Part shown: in pieces, positions 1-12,440 of the stretch
How the letters are laid out: each line of letters begins with the position of its first letter
How positions within the stretch are numbered: the stretch's first letter is position 1
Source: Tubiluchus corallicola
Lineage: Eukaryota > Animalia > Priapulida
Reading direction: 5' to 3'
Length of the DNA stretch: 64,000 nucleotides
Assembly (NCBI GenBank): GCA_030141605.1
Contig: JAQGDQ010000212.1
Span: 62,001 to 126,000, forward strand
Notes under the pieces: model-generated
Databases searched by the model: none
The model's input: only the letters and a program-made list of their open reading frames with translations
Told to the model about the DNA's origin: nothing
Position numbers and translations under genes: made by a program

Positions 1-17
1 AATCCACCGTAGCGTGC
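1..17 (-). CDS. Probable next kinase-domain exon of the Trk-like RTK, truncated by the window edge ((G)TLRWI...)
   Basis: The minus strand has acceptor GACGTCGCAG|GCACGCTACGGTGGATT. It joins in phase 1 to the exon ending at 5270, giving ...IGVVEKGTLRWI at the position of the PW(M/L)VFEYM segment of Trk-family kinases. Only 17 nt are visible. Confidence 0.45.
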
Positions 18-57
18 CTGCGACGTCAACAGTGATATTGAACAGTTTACATATAGA

Positions 58-428
58 TGACATCATCATCATCCCCAGAATGACTGGCGTTGTTACAATA
101 GTTGTCATTATCGACATGACCATCGTTGACGTCGGCGTCATCATCATCTTTCCTGTCACTGATTTTGTCATCGTTATCATCATCATTGTCATCATCGTCA
201 TCATCACCATCACCATCATGGACATCCTTCTTATTCTCTTCATCCTCCACCTTCCACTCGTCCACCTCCTCATCATCATTATCATCATCGTCATCATCAA
301 CGTCATCATCACTATCACCATCATGGACATCCTTCTTATTCTCTTCATCCTCCACTTTCCCCTCCTCCTCCTCCTCTTCCTCCACCTCCTCCTCGTCCTC
401 CTCCTCATCATCATCATAATCATCACCT
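58..428. repeat. Imperfect (CAT)n/(CCT)n region with an internal ~123-bp duplication
   Basis: caccatcatggacatccttcttattctcttcatcctccac occurs twice. Confidence 0.85.
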
Positions 429-1316
429 TCGATCTTAGCAATCTCTTACGCGAATCAAAAGGGACCTTTGTCAATTGTTTTTGTTAATTGTTTGACTGGA
501 AACGCGTTGCTATAGCAACGACAGTAACGCTAGAAACGAGGTGCAAAATCAGCAATGCGTGAAATCTTTCAATCCCCAAGTCAAGTTCAGCGGAAATTCT
601 TTCACTATTAACAATGTAATTTTTTCAACAAGGTGTAGTGATTTCTCATGAGCTGTGAGTGAAGTTCCTTAACCCAAGATGCTAGACTTGCTATTGCCGC
701 TGAGGCTCTTGAAGTTCCTCGCCGTTCCCGGGCCAAGATGCTGGACTTTCCATTACCGCTGAGGCTCTTGAAGTTCCTCACCGTTCCCGAAGAAAGTGGC
801 GAAAACAGCAAAGCCTACTAGCGCAGTAGTTTTTTTTTCAAATTTTCGTCAAATTTATCCAAGAATTGTAAAAGAGTTATCTAAGATTTTACTTCATTTG
901 TGCCAGTTTGCAAAGCATTTTGCTTTGTTTGTTAAAATATGCAGAAAATGTAAAGCCTATATTGACTTTTTCATGTCCTGACCGATTAGCAATTTGAAAT
1001 CTTGAGCCTCTTGAACTTCGTCGAATACACTGCGACCTGACAATGTCTTATTCTATATTACGTGGAGACAGTGCAATAGACAAAGATGTATTTTTAGTAA
1101 AACACCTTTATCTAATGTAAACAGGGATCACAACTTGAAGTTACAGCCCACTCACTGCCGTTTTGATTGTTTTAAAAACTTTTTCTCAAACAGAATAATT
1201 GGAGTCTGGAATCAACTGCCTGAGTCTGTCGGCGGTGCCCCCTTGGCCTGTGTTCAGAGCAGCAAACTTTTTAAAAACGTTTAAAATGCAAATCTTAATA
1301 ATCATTTATTTTTGAA

Positions 1317-1940
1317 AGGAAGACAAGATTTTTCATCAACTACCCAATTTTCAAGTCCGGCAAAAAGTATACATTTTAACGTGATTAATACTGCAAAAGC
1401 GTTTCTGATAAGTAGATAATAGCTAACAACTTAACGGTGGGTGAGCCAAATTACTGATGACATCACAAACTAACATAATTTTCAAGATTAGAAATATTCC
1501 ACGAGCGTGTTGCATGTGTTTGCGAAAGCGAAATTACAGTACTACAGCTTAGTACAGTGCTACAGTAAGATATTCAGTGTGTTGTGCTAAAACCAGGCAA
1601 GTTTTAAGATAAAAATTCAAATTTCAAATTCACCGCTGTGCTCACGCGTGAGCTGTCGAACGTGTGCAGTTCGTCACAAACTAACACATCTGAACTGAGT
1701 GGTATAGCGCCTATTTTTTGTGCAATGCACTTCTGAAATGCAGGCGCTAGTACTCGTCTAACCAGCGAATGGTGAAATGCATGTAACAGCGAAGAACTAG
1801 TGGCGCGAACCGGAAATTGTGTCTCTGTGGTAATACTTCTTTCACGTAAGTCATTTTTGAACAAAATAGATTGTTTTCTTTCAATATTTTAAAGAGTAGA
1901 TTGTTTTGATCTGCAGTTTAAGATTGCGTCCGGTTTTGCT
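1317..1940. mobile_element. Kolobok-like non-autonomous DNA transposon, family A copy 1
   Basis: AGGAAGACA... start, ...TCCGGTTTTGCT end followed by TTAA. Colinear with 25004-25575. Confidence 0.7.
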
Positions 1941-2227
1941 TTAACAGGCACCTGTAAGTAGCTTTGGCTCTTTGTGCTTTTATTCCCAATATTTTAACTT
2001 GCCATTTTCATCTGTAAAATTTATACGTTTTCTCCTAGTTTCACATTTTATACTTCCTTGTAAATATTTGTAATATTTTTTAAAGAAAGATTAGTTATTA
2101 AACTAAAGTAAACTAAACTAGACGTATGAGACACCCTATATTATGCAAATTACAAACTCTGCCTTGTGCCAGTACACATTATGTACAGATAAACCAACAC
2201 AGACAAGACAACTTAATTACTAACGGC

Positions 2228-2668
2228 TAGGGGTGAGCATCGAACGTTCGAGTTCGAACGATCGAATCGAATTCGAACGCTCGAATTCGATTCGAACGAG
2301 TTTTTGTAGTTCGAACTCGATTCGAATCCAAAACTATGGATTCGAATAATTCAGCACTTCAATCACATATGTTCCTGATCACTAAAACGATTGAAACAAC
2401 ATGCAATTAGCGTAATTTAGCAGTGATTTCTGTGCACAATTTTAAACAAATTACTAGTCGTTTTATTGCAGAACAAAATCTAGTGATACACACGATCTTT
2501 GTAAGACTAATTTTTACTGGTGGTTCGAAAACTTGTTCGAAAATCGTTCAATCTCAATTTCGAATTCGGTTCGAATTCGAAACACTAAAGTTCGGTTCGA
2601 TTCGAATTCGAAAGTCACAAATTCGGTTCGATTCGAATTCGCTTTTTGATAGAGAATGCTCACCCCTA
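2228..2668. mobile_element. hAT-type MITE, TTCGAA-rich, copy 1
   Basis: TIR TAGGGGTGAGCAT...ATGCTCACCCCTA, exact 8-bp TSD CTAACGGC (2220-2227, 2669-2676), subterminal TTCGAA arrays. Confidence 0.92.
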
Positions 2669-2871
2669 CTAACGGCCAGTCAGAAGATGTAACAAGACAA
2701 TTAACAGAGCTCAAAAATCATGCAAGTAGATCAGGGATGTTAATTATAGCAGGAAATAAGCGCGCTGATGGTAGTCACGAAACCACATCACGATGGCGGT
2801 GATCGTGAATCATTTCCTAACGGACCCGCCTCCGCTTTCACGCCACGCGTAACTGCATTTTCGTACATTGC

Positions 2872-3940
2872 AATAAGCCTTTTCACAGTTTCAGCGATTG
2901 ATGGTGATCGTGAAAAGGTCAAAAGTCAAGTGTGCCACACAATGCCCTTGTGTACGCTTGGCAACGCCTCGCAGCCCATGCTATTGTAATAGTAACAGTT
3001 TTAACAGCTTTCAAGAACCTTGCCTAGTTCATTTTTTTCTTGTTCTCAAGCAAGACTCTGCTAGTAAATCACTCTACGCACAGACTAATACATAATTAAG
3101 TAAAGTCCATGTAAAACAACTGAAGTTGCTGGACTGATGTGGCAGACGGCTTTTGTTTTACCCACACATCACGCGACGGTTGTAGTTAAAGGACAAGAAA
3201 AGGAGTACCTGAAGTAGGTTTCAGAAAATTCGCTTTAAAAAAATAACACTACTTCACGGGAATTTTATGCATATATCGTACTCGCCTTGAAATGAATTTT
3301 CGTTTGTTTTCATTTTAAATCTCCCGCAATACCGTTTTGACGGCGCCATTACATGACGTCACTGCGCAAACATAAATCAGGGAAAACAGACAATGTTAAA
3401 TTATGTCCGAAAAGACTTTCCGTGCAAATCTGCATTACTTAAGATTTCGCTTACCTGCTGGAAAGACTTATGTAACTAGGAATAATAATTTAAAATGTTC
3501 GTGCCAATTGATAAAATATCCCTGATTCACCCCCCAGGGCGCGCCACTCACTAACCAAAAACGTATTTTTAATCTTACTGACAAGATACAGTAATTTAAA
3601 ATTTTACGTAATTAGCAGCATGTATGCTACGAATATTCTGATGATTTTTTCAAACTTTACGCAATGTTCTCTAAACTTAATTCAAATGACACACCATTAA
3701 AATGGCTGCGCCTAACGGTCAACGCGAGAGTTTAAATTTACACGTTTTATACAGCGTGACTGCCGATTGAAGTCCTGCATGCAAAAAGGCAGTATGTAAG
3801 TGATATAAAATTTCAAAACGAATTTTTAAGCTTTATGTAAGTGGAGCGTTTTCTTGTGCTTTAAGATGCATTACTGTTGTACACAACCGTTGACCTACAG
3901 CAACTGCTCGTGTGCACAGTGAAACTGTGAAAAGGCTTGT
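2872..3940 (+). mobile_element. Same ~390-bp MITE, split by the Kolobok-like insertion
   Basis: 2872-3189 matches the left part and 3861-3940 the right part of 26335-26722. Confidence 0.8.
3190..3860. mobile_element. Kolobok-like element, family B, inserted into a MITE
   Basis: TTAA TSD (3186-3189, 3861-3864) and TIR AGGACAAGAAAA...TTTTCTTGTGCT. The empty TTAA site is visible in the intact host copy near 26642. Confidence 0.82.
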
Positions 3941-4089
3941 CTACGCAAACAGTAATGTTGCCAGACAATGCCAGTGGCAGGTATGCAGCCTTCCTCATTT
4001 CCCAAAGCCGCAATCCAGGGTTGGAGTATCAAATTAAAATTCCCGTTTTTACCTGGTAAACGGAATAAAAGACAAAAAAAAAGAAGGAT

Positions 4090-4285
4090 GACATGTATTT
4101 ATCCTCACTCATACAACATTAGCACTAACGGCCGTTTAGTGACTTAAACGTTCAGCTAACGACGCAATACATAAATAACGAATCACATCAAGGTTATACA
4201 CCTTTTCGTTGGCAGCCAGTGGAATTGAACTCAAGACTGCGTGGTGGCAGCATTCCAAAAACTAGACCACTCGGCCATGAGGGAG
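4090..4285 (-). mobile_element. tRNA-derived SINE fragment
   Basis: The minus strand has TGGCCGAGTGG (A box) and GAGTTCAATTCC (B box), but no intact cloverleaf. Confidence 0.55.
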
Positions 4286-4740
4286 GCTGTTAAACTTAAT
4301 CTTTCCATCTAAAAAAGGCTTGGTGGGGAGGAGGATGTTGATCCGGACCCCCTGGACCCTCTCCGGATCCGGTTCTCCAGTTTTTTAGCAAATATACTAA
4401 TTTGGCGATACGGATCTCACACACATGACGTAAACAGAAGCGGAACTAATACAAATGGTTTGTAATGCAAAGAAGCCTTAAGACTGTAACGTGCTAAACT
4501 GGACCACAGGAAAGCCCGTAAGTGTAAGCTTAAGATGTGTGAAGTAGTAACGTCCCTTCGTGTGTGTGTCGTTTTCTGTGTCAAATAATTTTCTTCAACG
4601 TACTCTGCTGAAAACATCAAAATAAAAAGGAAGTGAAATCCGAACAGGAAAAATAAAAAACCTTTTCCAAATTAGCTGGCAATTAACGATATCATTAATT
4701 AGATTACGACTTCTTCTAAATACAGTGTCACCTGAACGTT

Positions 4741-5205
<465 letters not shown>

Positions 5206-5269
5206 AACATACCAGCGTTCATAGTCATAATCTAATTAAAAAATTAAAGGAATGAGCAATTTTTTTTAC

Positions 5270-5431
5270 CTTTTTCCACAACGCCGATAAGTTTTACAAT
5301 ATTTTCGTGTTCAAACGATGCAGTGATATCAATCTCCATCGTAAAGTCGTTCTCCATTTCGGACGTGGCGCCCTCTTTAAGCACTTTCACTGCCACCTGT
5401 CTGGCTTCTTCTTCGTTGGCAGTGTAAACGC
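5270..5431 (-). CDS. RTK exon, kinase subdomains II-IV: GVYTANEEEARQVAVKVLKEGATSEMENDFTMEIDITASFEHENIVKLIGVVEK
   Basis: 162-nt phase 1-1 exon with acceptor TTTTTGCATAG and donor AAG|GTAAAA. It carries the VAVK lysine, the alphaC Glu and HENIVKLIGV, and is in frame with the upstream GEGCFGKVY exon. Confidence 0.93.
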
Positions 5432-5550
5432 CTATGCAAAAATACAGTGTGAATTTCTCTTAAATGTAGGTTTGAAGACGGCACAGCAACTTGTTTGTTT
5501 GTTTGTCCGCCTGTAAGTGACATCATTTATCTGTCCATCAGGGTGTTTAA

Positions 5551-6033
5551 AGGAAAAGACAAGTCATTTTTTTATTTTACTTCTGTCACCTAAACTTAGA
5601 AAAATATAACAAAAAATTGTTTATAAAGCTTAAAGTTAATTTATTCTACCTCAGTATAGAACCTTCACGTCAAAACTGTGACGTAAGCACACTGTGCCTT
5701 TCTGTTTAAACAAATTCAAGCTTCTACACTTTACCTAATGTTCATGCAAGAATATATCAAAATTTGCTGCTTAATTTTTTATTGCTATTTCCATCAAAAG
5801 CAAAACTTATGCTTTTGATGGAAATAGACAGTGCACTGCTTTTCTTCTGCCAATGAGTGACGTAATTGGTGGAAGAATGGGCGGTCAAAATGAGCTTGCC
5901 CAACCACGAACTGATCACTATTTTAAAGTAATTACACGAGACGTTTATCACACTTTTATTTACTAAATTCTTCTAATGTTTTTTGCGAACAATGAAATAA
6001 AAGCCAAACTTCCAAAAAGAGTTAGCCTTTCCT
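5551..6033. mobile_element. Kolobok-like element, family C
   Basis: TTAA on both sides, imperfect TIR AGGAAAAGACAAGTC / GAGTTAGCCTTTCCT. Confidence 0.65.
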
Positions 6034-6386
6034 TTAAAGTAGCTTTAGAACGTCGTTGGGAATTGGCAGGATGAGCAAAAAATGACAAGTTTTTAAATAT
6101 TGAGATAAATGGTAGTAAACGTTAGTAGCAAATCAATGCGAGCTTTGTCATATAAAGTTTGATCAACAAAAGTGGTGTGTGTGTCATGGGAACTTATCCA
6201 ACCAAGCCATGAAAGCTTACGAACAACTGAAAGTGTCCAAACTTTTTGCAATGTCATTAGAAAATGAGCCTAGAAATGAACGACTAACGTAAATTGTGCT
6301 TGGCAAGTGTACGTGGAAAATGGTTTAGGCCAACTTTAGTAATTAGTGTGTCAAAAGAGAATTAAATATTTACGAATTAGACAAAC

Positions 6387-6785
6387 CTTCATAGACTTTG
6401 CCAAAGCATCCTTCACCGACTACTTCCAGCAACGTTACACTTGCTCTATCGAGCCTTTTTGCCTCCAGATGGCACTGTTTATGGGCGACCTCTGGTGAAG
6501 AGCTATAGTAGTTAGGATTGCCGACCATCATGGATCTGCTGTTGTTGACGCTGTCGTATTTCAGGCGACTGTTGCCAAAACTGTCCGCATGGCGGCGCTT
6601 GCGGTAGCGCCTGACAAAGAGAAACAACAGCACGACGACGATGATGGTGATGGCAGAAATGGAGACGAAGATACCGGTGATCAGATTATCACTGCGTGGA
6701 GGATCTGGGTGCCTCGGCTGACGTGCCTTTTCTGCTTCTTGCAGAAATTTGTGGATCTTGAATCCCGGTCTGGCTGGAGCAAAAT
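6387..6785 (-). CDS. RTK exon: juxtamembrane stalk, transmembrane helix, NPxY motif and glycine-rich loop
   Basis: Acceptor TTTTGCAACAG and donor GAAG|GTTTGT. Encodes LITGIFVSISAITIIVVVLLFLFV (TM), RRYRKRR stop-transfer, MVGNPNYY (PTB-binding NPxY) and LEVVGEGCFGKVYEG. Confidence 0.93.
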
Positions 6786-6797
6786 CTGTTGCAAAAT

Positions 6798-7375
6798 ATT
6801 CATATTCATAATCATATTCATATTCATGTTCGTGTTCACGCTCATGTTCACGTTTATGTTCACGAATATGTTCATGTTTATGTTGGTGCTCATGTCCATG
6901 TCCATGTCCATGTTCACGTTTACGTCCATGTTCACGTTTATGTTCACGTTTATGTTCACGAATATGTTCATGTTTATGTTGGTGTTCATGTCCATGTCCA
7001 TGTTCACGTTCACGTTTACGTCCATGTTCACGTTTATGTTCACGAATATGTTCATGTTTATGTTGGTGCTCATGTCCATGTCCATGTTCACGTTCACGTT
7101 TACGTCCATGTTCACGTTTATGTTCACGAATATGTTCATGTTTATGTTGGTGCTCATGTCCATGTCCATGTCCATGTTCACGTTCACGTTTACGTCCATG
7201 TTCACGTTTATGTTCACGAATATGTTCATGTTTATGTTGGTGCTCATGTCCATGTCCATGTTCACGTTCACGTTTACGTTCATGTTCACGTTTATGTTCA
7301 CGAATTTGTTCATGTTTATGTTGGTGTTCATGTCCATGTTCATGTTCATATTCATATTCACCTTCATATTCATTC
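6798..7375. repeat. Hexamer-based (ATGTTC) minisatellite with 66-72 bp higher-order units
   Basis: gttcacgaatatgttcatgtttatgttggtgctcatgtccatgtccat recurs about 6 times. Confidence 0.92.
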
Positions 7376-7708
7376 AAACGTTAATATAAATGCACTCCAG
7401 GACAGTAAACGAAATCGATAAAAGATCCTTAAATTTCTAGATACTTTATCAGATCTCCTAGAAGATCCGACTTCTCACGGGAATATATTGCAGCTTATCA
7501 ATGTCATAAAGAATTTATATTTCGTCCTTTATTAAGTCATAAAAGCCACAAAATAAAATAAAATGACATAAAACCCACGTGCTCATAGACCAGTGACGTA
7601 CTCCTGAAAACAATATCTGAAATGTACTGCAGCTCTAGTTACACTAGTCCGAATTGTTTTCGTTTTTTCAAGATTCTTGTAACTGCTCCAATGATTACCA
7701 TTAATTAC

Positions 7709-7743
<35 letters not shown>

Positions 7744-7905
7744 CAATTACCATCAACATGGACAACAGCCATATTCCTTATTATTTAAGGAACAACAATG
7801 CTTCCTTTGTAATAGGTAAAAAGTTCTGTTCTCTTTCAAAACTGCAAACGAAATTTATTTGCGGACGACAAACAGAGCTTGTTATTTTGTAAAAGCAACA
7901 ATTTG

Positions 7906-9325
7906 TGCTGCAATGAGAGTAGTGTCACTCGGAATAGGAACAGCAGTTAGTGTTGCAAAGACAGTAGTGTCACTAGGGGTAGGAACAGCAGCTAGTGCTG
8001 CAAAGACAGTAGTGCCACTAGGAGTAGGAACAGCAGTTAGTGCTGCAATGAGAGTAGTGCCACTAGGAGTAGGAACAGCAGTTAGTGTTGCAATGAGAGT
8101 AGTGCCACTAGGAGTAGGAACAGCAGTTAGTGCTGCAAAGACAGTAGTGCCACTAGGAGTAGGAATAGCAGTTAGTGCTGCAATGAGAGTAGTGCCACTA
8201 GGGGGAGGAATAGCAGCTATTGCTGCAAAGACAGTAGTGCCACTAGGAGTAGGAACGGCAGTTAGTGCTGCAAAGGCAGTAGTGTCACTAGGAGTAGGAA
8301 CAGCAGTTAGTGCTGCAATGAGAGTAGTGTGACTAGGAATAGGAACAGCAGTTAGTGCTGCAAAGGCAGTAGTGTCACTAGGAATAGGAACAGCAGTTAG
8401 TGTTGCAATGAGAGTAGTGCCACTAGGAGTAGGAACAGCAGTTAGTGCTGCAATGAGAGTAGTGCCACTAGGGGTAGGAACAGCAGCTAGTGCTGCAATG
8501 AGAGTAGTGTCACTAGAGGTAGGAACAGCAGTTAGTGCTGCGATGAGAGTAGTGCCACTAGGGGTAGGAATAGCAGCTAGTGCTGCAATGAGAGTAGTGT
8601 CACTAGAGGTAGGGAACAGCAGTTAGTGCTGCAAAGACAGTAGTGCCACTACAGGTATGAACAGCAGTTAGTGCTGCAATGAGAGTAGTGCCACTAGGAG
8701 TAGGAACAGCAGCTAGTGCTGCAAAGACAGCAGTACCACTAGGGGTAGGAACAGCAGTTAGTGCTGGAAAGACAGTAGTGCCACTAGGAGTAGGAACAGC
8801 AGTTAGTGCTGCAAAGACAGTAGTGCCACTAGGAGTAGGAACAGCAGTTAGTGCTGCAAAGGCAGTAGTGCCACTAGGAGTAGGAACAGCAGTTAGTGCT
8901 GCAAAGACAGTAATGCCACTACAGGTAGGAACAGCAGTTAGTGCTGCAAAGACAGTAGTGCCACTAGGAGTAGGAACAGCAGTTAGTGCTGCAAAGGCAG
9001 TAGTGCCACTAGGAGTAGGAACAGCAGTTAGTGCTGCAAAGACAGTAATGCCACTACAGGTAGGAACAGCAGTTAGTGCTGCAAAGACAGTAGTGCCACT
9101 AGGAGTAGGAACAGCAGTTAGTGCTGCAAAGGCAGTAGTGCCACTAGGAGTAGGAACAGCAGTTAGTGCTGCAAAGACAGTAATGCCACTACAGGTAGGA
9201 ACAGCAGTTAGTGCTGCAAAGACAGTAGTGCCACTAGGAGTAGGAACAGCAGTTAGTGCTGCAAAGGCAGTAGTGCCACTAGGAGTAGGAACAGCAGTTA
9301 GTGCTGCAAAGACAGTAATGCCACT
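7906..9325. repeat. 45-bp minisatellite running into the assembly gap; 135-bp trimer structure on the right
   Basis: Unit gtagtgccactaggagtaggaacagcagttagtgctgcaaagaca. Confidence 0.97.
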
Positions 9326-10312
9326 ANNNNNNNNNNNNNNNNNNNNNNNNNNNNNNNNNNNNNNNNNNNNNNNNNNNNNNNNNNNNNNNNNNNNNNNNNN
9401 NNNNNNNNNNNNNNNNNNNNNNNNNNNNNNNNNNNNNNNNNNNNNNNNNNNNNNNNNNNNNNNNNNNNNNNNNNNNNNNNNNNNNNNNNNNNNNNNNNNN
9501 NNNNNNNNNNNNNNNNNNNNNNNNNNNNNNNNNNNNNNNNNNNNNNNNNNNNNNNNNNNNNNNNNNNNNNNNNNNNNNNNNNNNNNNNNNNNNNNNNNNN
9601 NNNNNNNNNNNNNNNNNNNNNNNNNNNNNNNNNNNNNNNNNNNNNNNNNNNNNNNNNNNNNNNNNNNNNNNNNNNNNNNNNNNNNNNNNNNNNNNNNNNN
9701 NNNNNNNNNNNNNNNNNNNNNNNNNNNNNNNNNNNNNNNNNNNNNNNNNNNNNNNNNNNNNNNNNNNNNNNNNNNNNNNNNNNNNNNNNNNNNNNNNNNN
9801 NNNNNNNNNNNNNNNNNNNNNNNNNNNNNNNNNNNNNNNNNNNNNNNNNNNNNNNNNNNNNNNNNNNNNNNNNNNNNNNNNNNNNNNNNNNNNNNNNNNN
9901 NNNNNNNNNNNNNNNNNNNNNNNNNNNNNNNNNNNNNNNNNNNNNNNNNNNNNNNNNNNNNNNNNNNNNNNNNNNNNNNNNNNNNNNNNNNNNNNNNNNN
10001 NNNNNNNNNNNNNNNNNNNNNNNNNNNNNNNNNNNNNNNNNNNNNNNNNNNNNNNNNNNNNNNNNNNNNNNNNNNNNNNNNNNNNNNNNNNNNNNNNNNN
10101 NNNNNNNNNNNNNNNNNNNNNNNNNNNNNNNNNNNNNNNNNNNNNNNNNNNNNNNNNNNNNNNNNNNNNNNNNNNNNNNNNNNNNNNNNNNNNNNNNNNN
10201 NNNNNNNNNNNNNNNNNNNNNNNNNNNNNNNNNNNNNNNNNNNNNNNNNNNNNNNNNNNNNNNNNNNNNNNNNNNNNNNNNNNNNNNNNNNNNNNNNNNN
10301 NNNNNNNNNNNN
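9326..10312. other. Assembly gap (N run)
   Basis: Run of N. Confidence 1.
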
Positions 10313-11129
10313 ATAAGTATAAATGTCAAATAAACTAAATAAACAAAGTGCTATATGCGAAACTGCTTTTAGTATAAGGCCTTTGAAATAAGGCCACAAC
10401 TCTGAACACATGATTGGGATCGGGAAAATGGGGTAGTATAGGGAAAATTATCTTATCGTCTTTTATCTTCCTCAATCTTTCCTTCCCAGAATTCCTTCCT
10501 CACAAATCAGTTGCTTTTATAAAATTTTATCTACGTAAGATCATTAACCCAATAATTTCGCTTTCTCACTACAAAGGGACACGATCGAATGCCACTCTGA
10601 ACCAATTTGACAATCTTTGCTAATGAAATTCGCCCTGAGCTAAATACCTTTCACTGCTTAATTGCGCTTTGCTTTTAACTTAGCAGAGATTGAAGAAAAT
10701 GTCACTTAGCTCTGAAACACTAAACATCTTAATTATGGAAAATGACTGCAACTTGGCCAACAGTTTAGCTATAGACTTTGTCCACTTCTCCCGACGAAAA
10801 AGTTACGACCAATAAATTCATCCGCGAAGGATATTTTATGGCTGATAAATTTCACTTGGGAACATAAATTCCTCTATCGTTTATAACTTTCTTGTAAAGG
10901 TTTGTATGGGAAAGTTAATTTAATAATGTAAAATAATTCCAGTAGGTTTATGATGTTTCTGAAGAGAGTAATTATATCTATGGCTTGGCTAACAATAACG
11001 AGACCTAGCTAACGGAAATGAATAATTGAATCTGATCAGATAAAATGGCTGACCGGAAATCCGGTGGGAATTACCCGTCATGCATTTGTTTGCAGTATTT
11101 TATACTTTATGTATTTGGAATCAACTTCT

Positions 11130-11447
11130 TATGCAGTTTGACGTTCTGCTAAACTGGGATTCATGACTCAGTGAGTGATAAAAGTACTCGATTTGGGTTA
11201 GTGTGGCTGGTACGGTATCCAACTCATTACAATGAACAATTCTCTAACATGAGGCACTAAACCAACACAGGCGTCGCAGCCACATTCGAAGTACTCCCTC
11301 CCCACATGTCTGTTCAGTCTCCCTCAGCAAGAGAAGTACATTCAGTTAGCAGTTAGTTGAATTAGATCAGGTCGCCGGTAGCCAACCATCCATTTACTGA
11401 CGTCGCTCGACATTGCTTAGCTTCGGTTACTAAACATACAGAGTAAC
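11130..11447 (-). mobile_element. Diverged 5S-derived SINE-like element (second family)
   Basis: The minus strand has ACCGAAGCTAAGC-22 nt-TGGATGG, the 5S box A/box C spacing. The body differs from the 55896 element. Ends are approximate. Confidence 0.5.
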
Positions 11448-11589
11448 CAAAGTCAGCTATTTACCTTGGGTTACCGAATATTGCAGAGTGAAAAATCTTA
11501 GCTTGTGAAAAGCTCACTTAAACCTCTTATAACTGAATTTTTTGAAGTTAAAAAGTTTTTAATTTGTTAATTAAATTTAAATTCGTCAC

Positions 11590-11766
11590 CTGATATGTTG
11601 TGAATGATCGATGTCTGATCGCACTCTCCGAATTCGTTCTGAGGTTGAAGTGTATCAGAGCAGATACAAGTTCCGTTGATACACCGCGCCTGTTCGTTAC
11701 ATACGTCCATGCACTTGTAATGCATTTCTGACGTTGGTTGGACGTTCGTGTGCTTGTAGAACGTTT
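11590..11766 (-). CDS. RTK ectodomain exon with a six-cysteine EGF-like module (5' boundary uncertain)
   Basis: The minus strand reads ...HYKCMDVCNEQARCINGTCICSDTLQPQNEFGECDQTSIIHNIS, with donor CAG|GTGACG in phase 1 joining the exon at 6785 (S-D-F-A-P). An in-frame TGA at 11777-11779 limits the open frame. Candidate acceptors at 11766 or 11727 are weak. Confidence 0.75.
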
Positions 11767-12440
11767 CTAACGTTGTTCAGACGTCCACAGATTTATAGAC
11801 GATGTCTAACGTTCTTCAAACGTTCGCTTATTTGTTGATCGTGTATGATGTTATTCGAACATCCACAAATTTATAGACAATGTCTGACGTCGTTCCAACG
11901 TCCGCGTATTTGTAAATCGTTTCTAACGTTGTTTGGACGTTCGTGTACTTGTTGATCTTTTCTGACGTTATTCGATGCAAATTTCTAGACAATATCTCAC
12001 GTTGTTTGGACGTTCGTGTACTTGTTGATCTTTTCTGACGTTATTAGATGCAAATTTTTAGACAATATCTCACGTTGGTTATACGTTCGTGTACTTGTTG
12101 ATCGTTTATGATGTTATTCGAACGTCCACAAATTTATAGACAATGTCAGACGTCGTTCAAACGTTCGCATACTTGTAAATCGTTTTTGACGTTGTTTGGA
12201 TGTTCGTGTACTTATTGATCTTTTTTGACGTTATTCGATGCAAATTTTTAGACGCTATCTCACGTTGGTTTGACGTTCGCGTACTTGTTGATCGCTTCTG
12301 ACGTTGTTCAGACGAAAAAAAATTTAGACTACGTTTGACGTTATTTAGGCGTTGATCGATTCTGACGTTATTCGAACGTCCACGATATATAGATAATGTC
12401 TAACGTTGTTTTGACGTTCACGCAATTGTAAATGATTGCT
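11700..12440. repeat. Degenerate ~39-bp tandem repeat overlapping the RTK EGF exon
   Basis: Recurrent ctgacgttgttcgaacgtt/ccac...ttgtagac motif. Confidence 0.8.

Noticed and set aside
47-385. Asp/Glu-rich 112-aa ORF on the kinase strand
   Set aside because: It is a trinucleotide microsatellite inside a kinase intron. An acidic insert at this point of the kinase fold is implausible and it has no matching splice phase.
7579-7603. 25-nt micro-exon candidate of the RTK (TTTTCAG|...|GTGGGT on minus)
   Set aside because: Its length is not compatible with the phase 1-1 neighbours, and the frame ending in phase 1 contains a stop.
8603-10411. 500-600 aa ORFs spanning the N run
   Set aside because: Artefacts of translating the assembly gap plus a 45-bp repeat.
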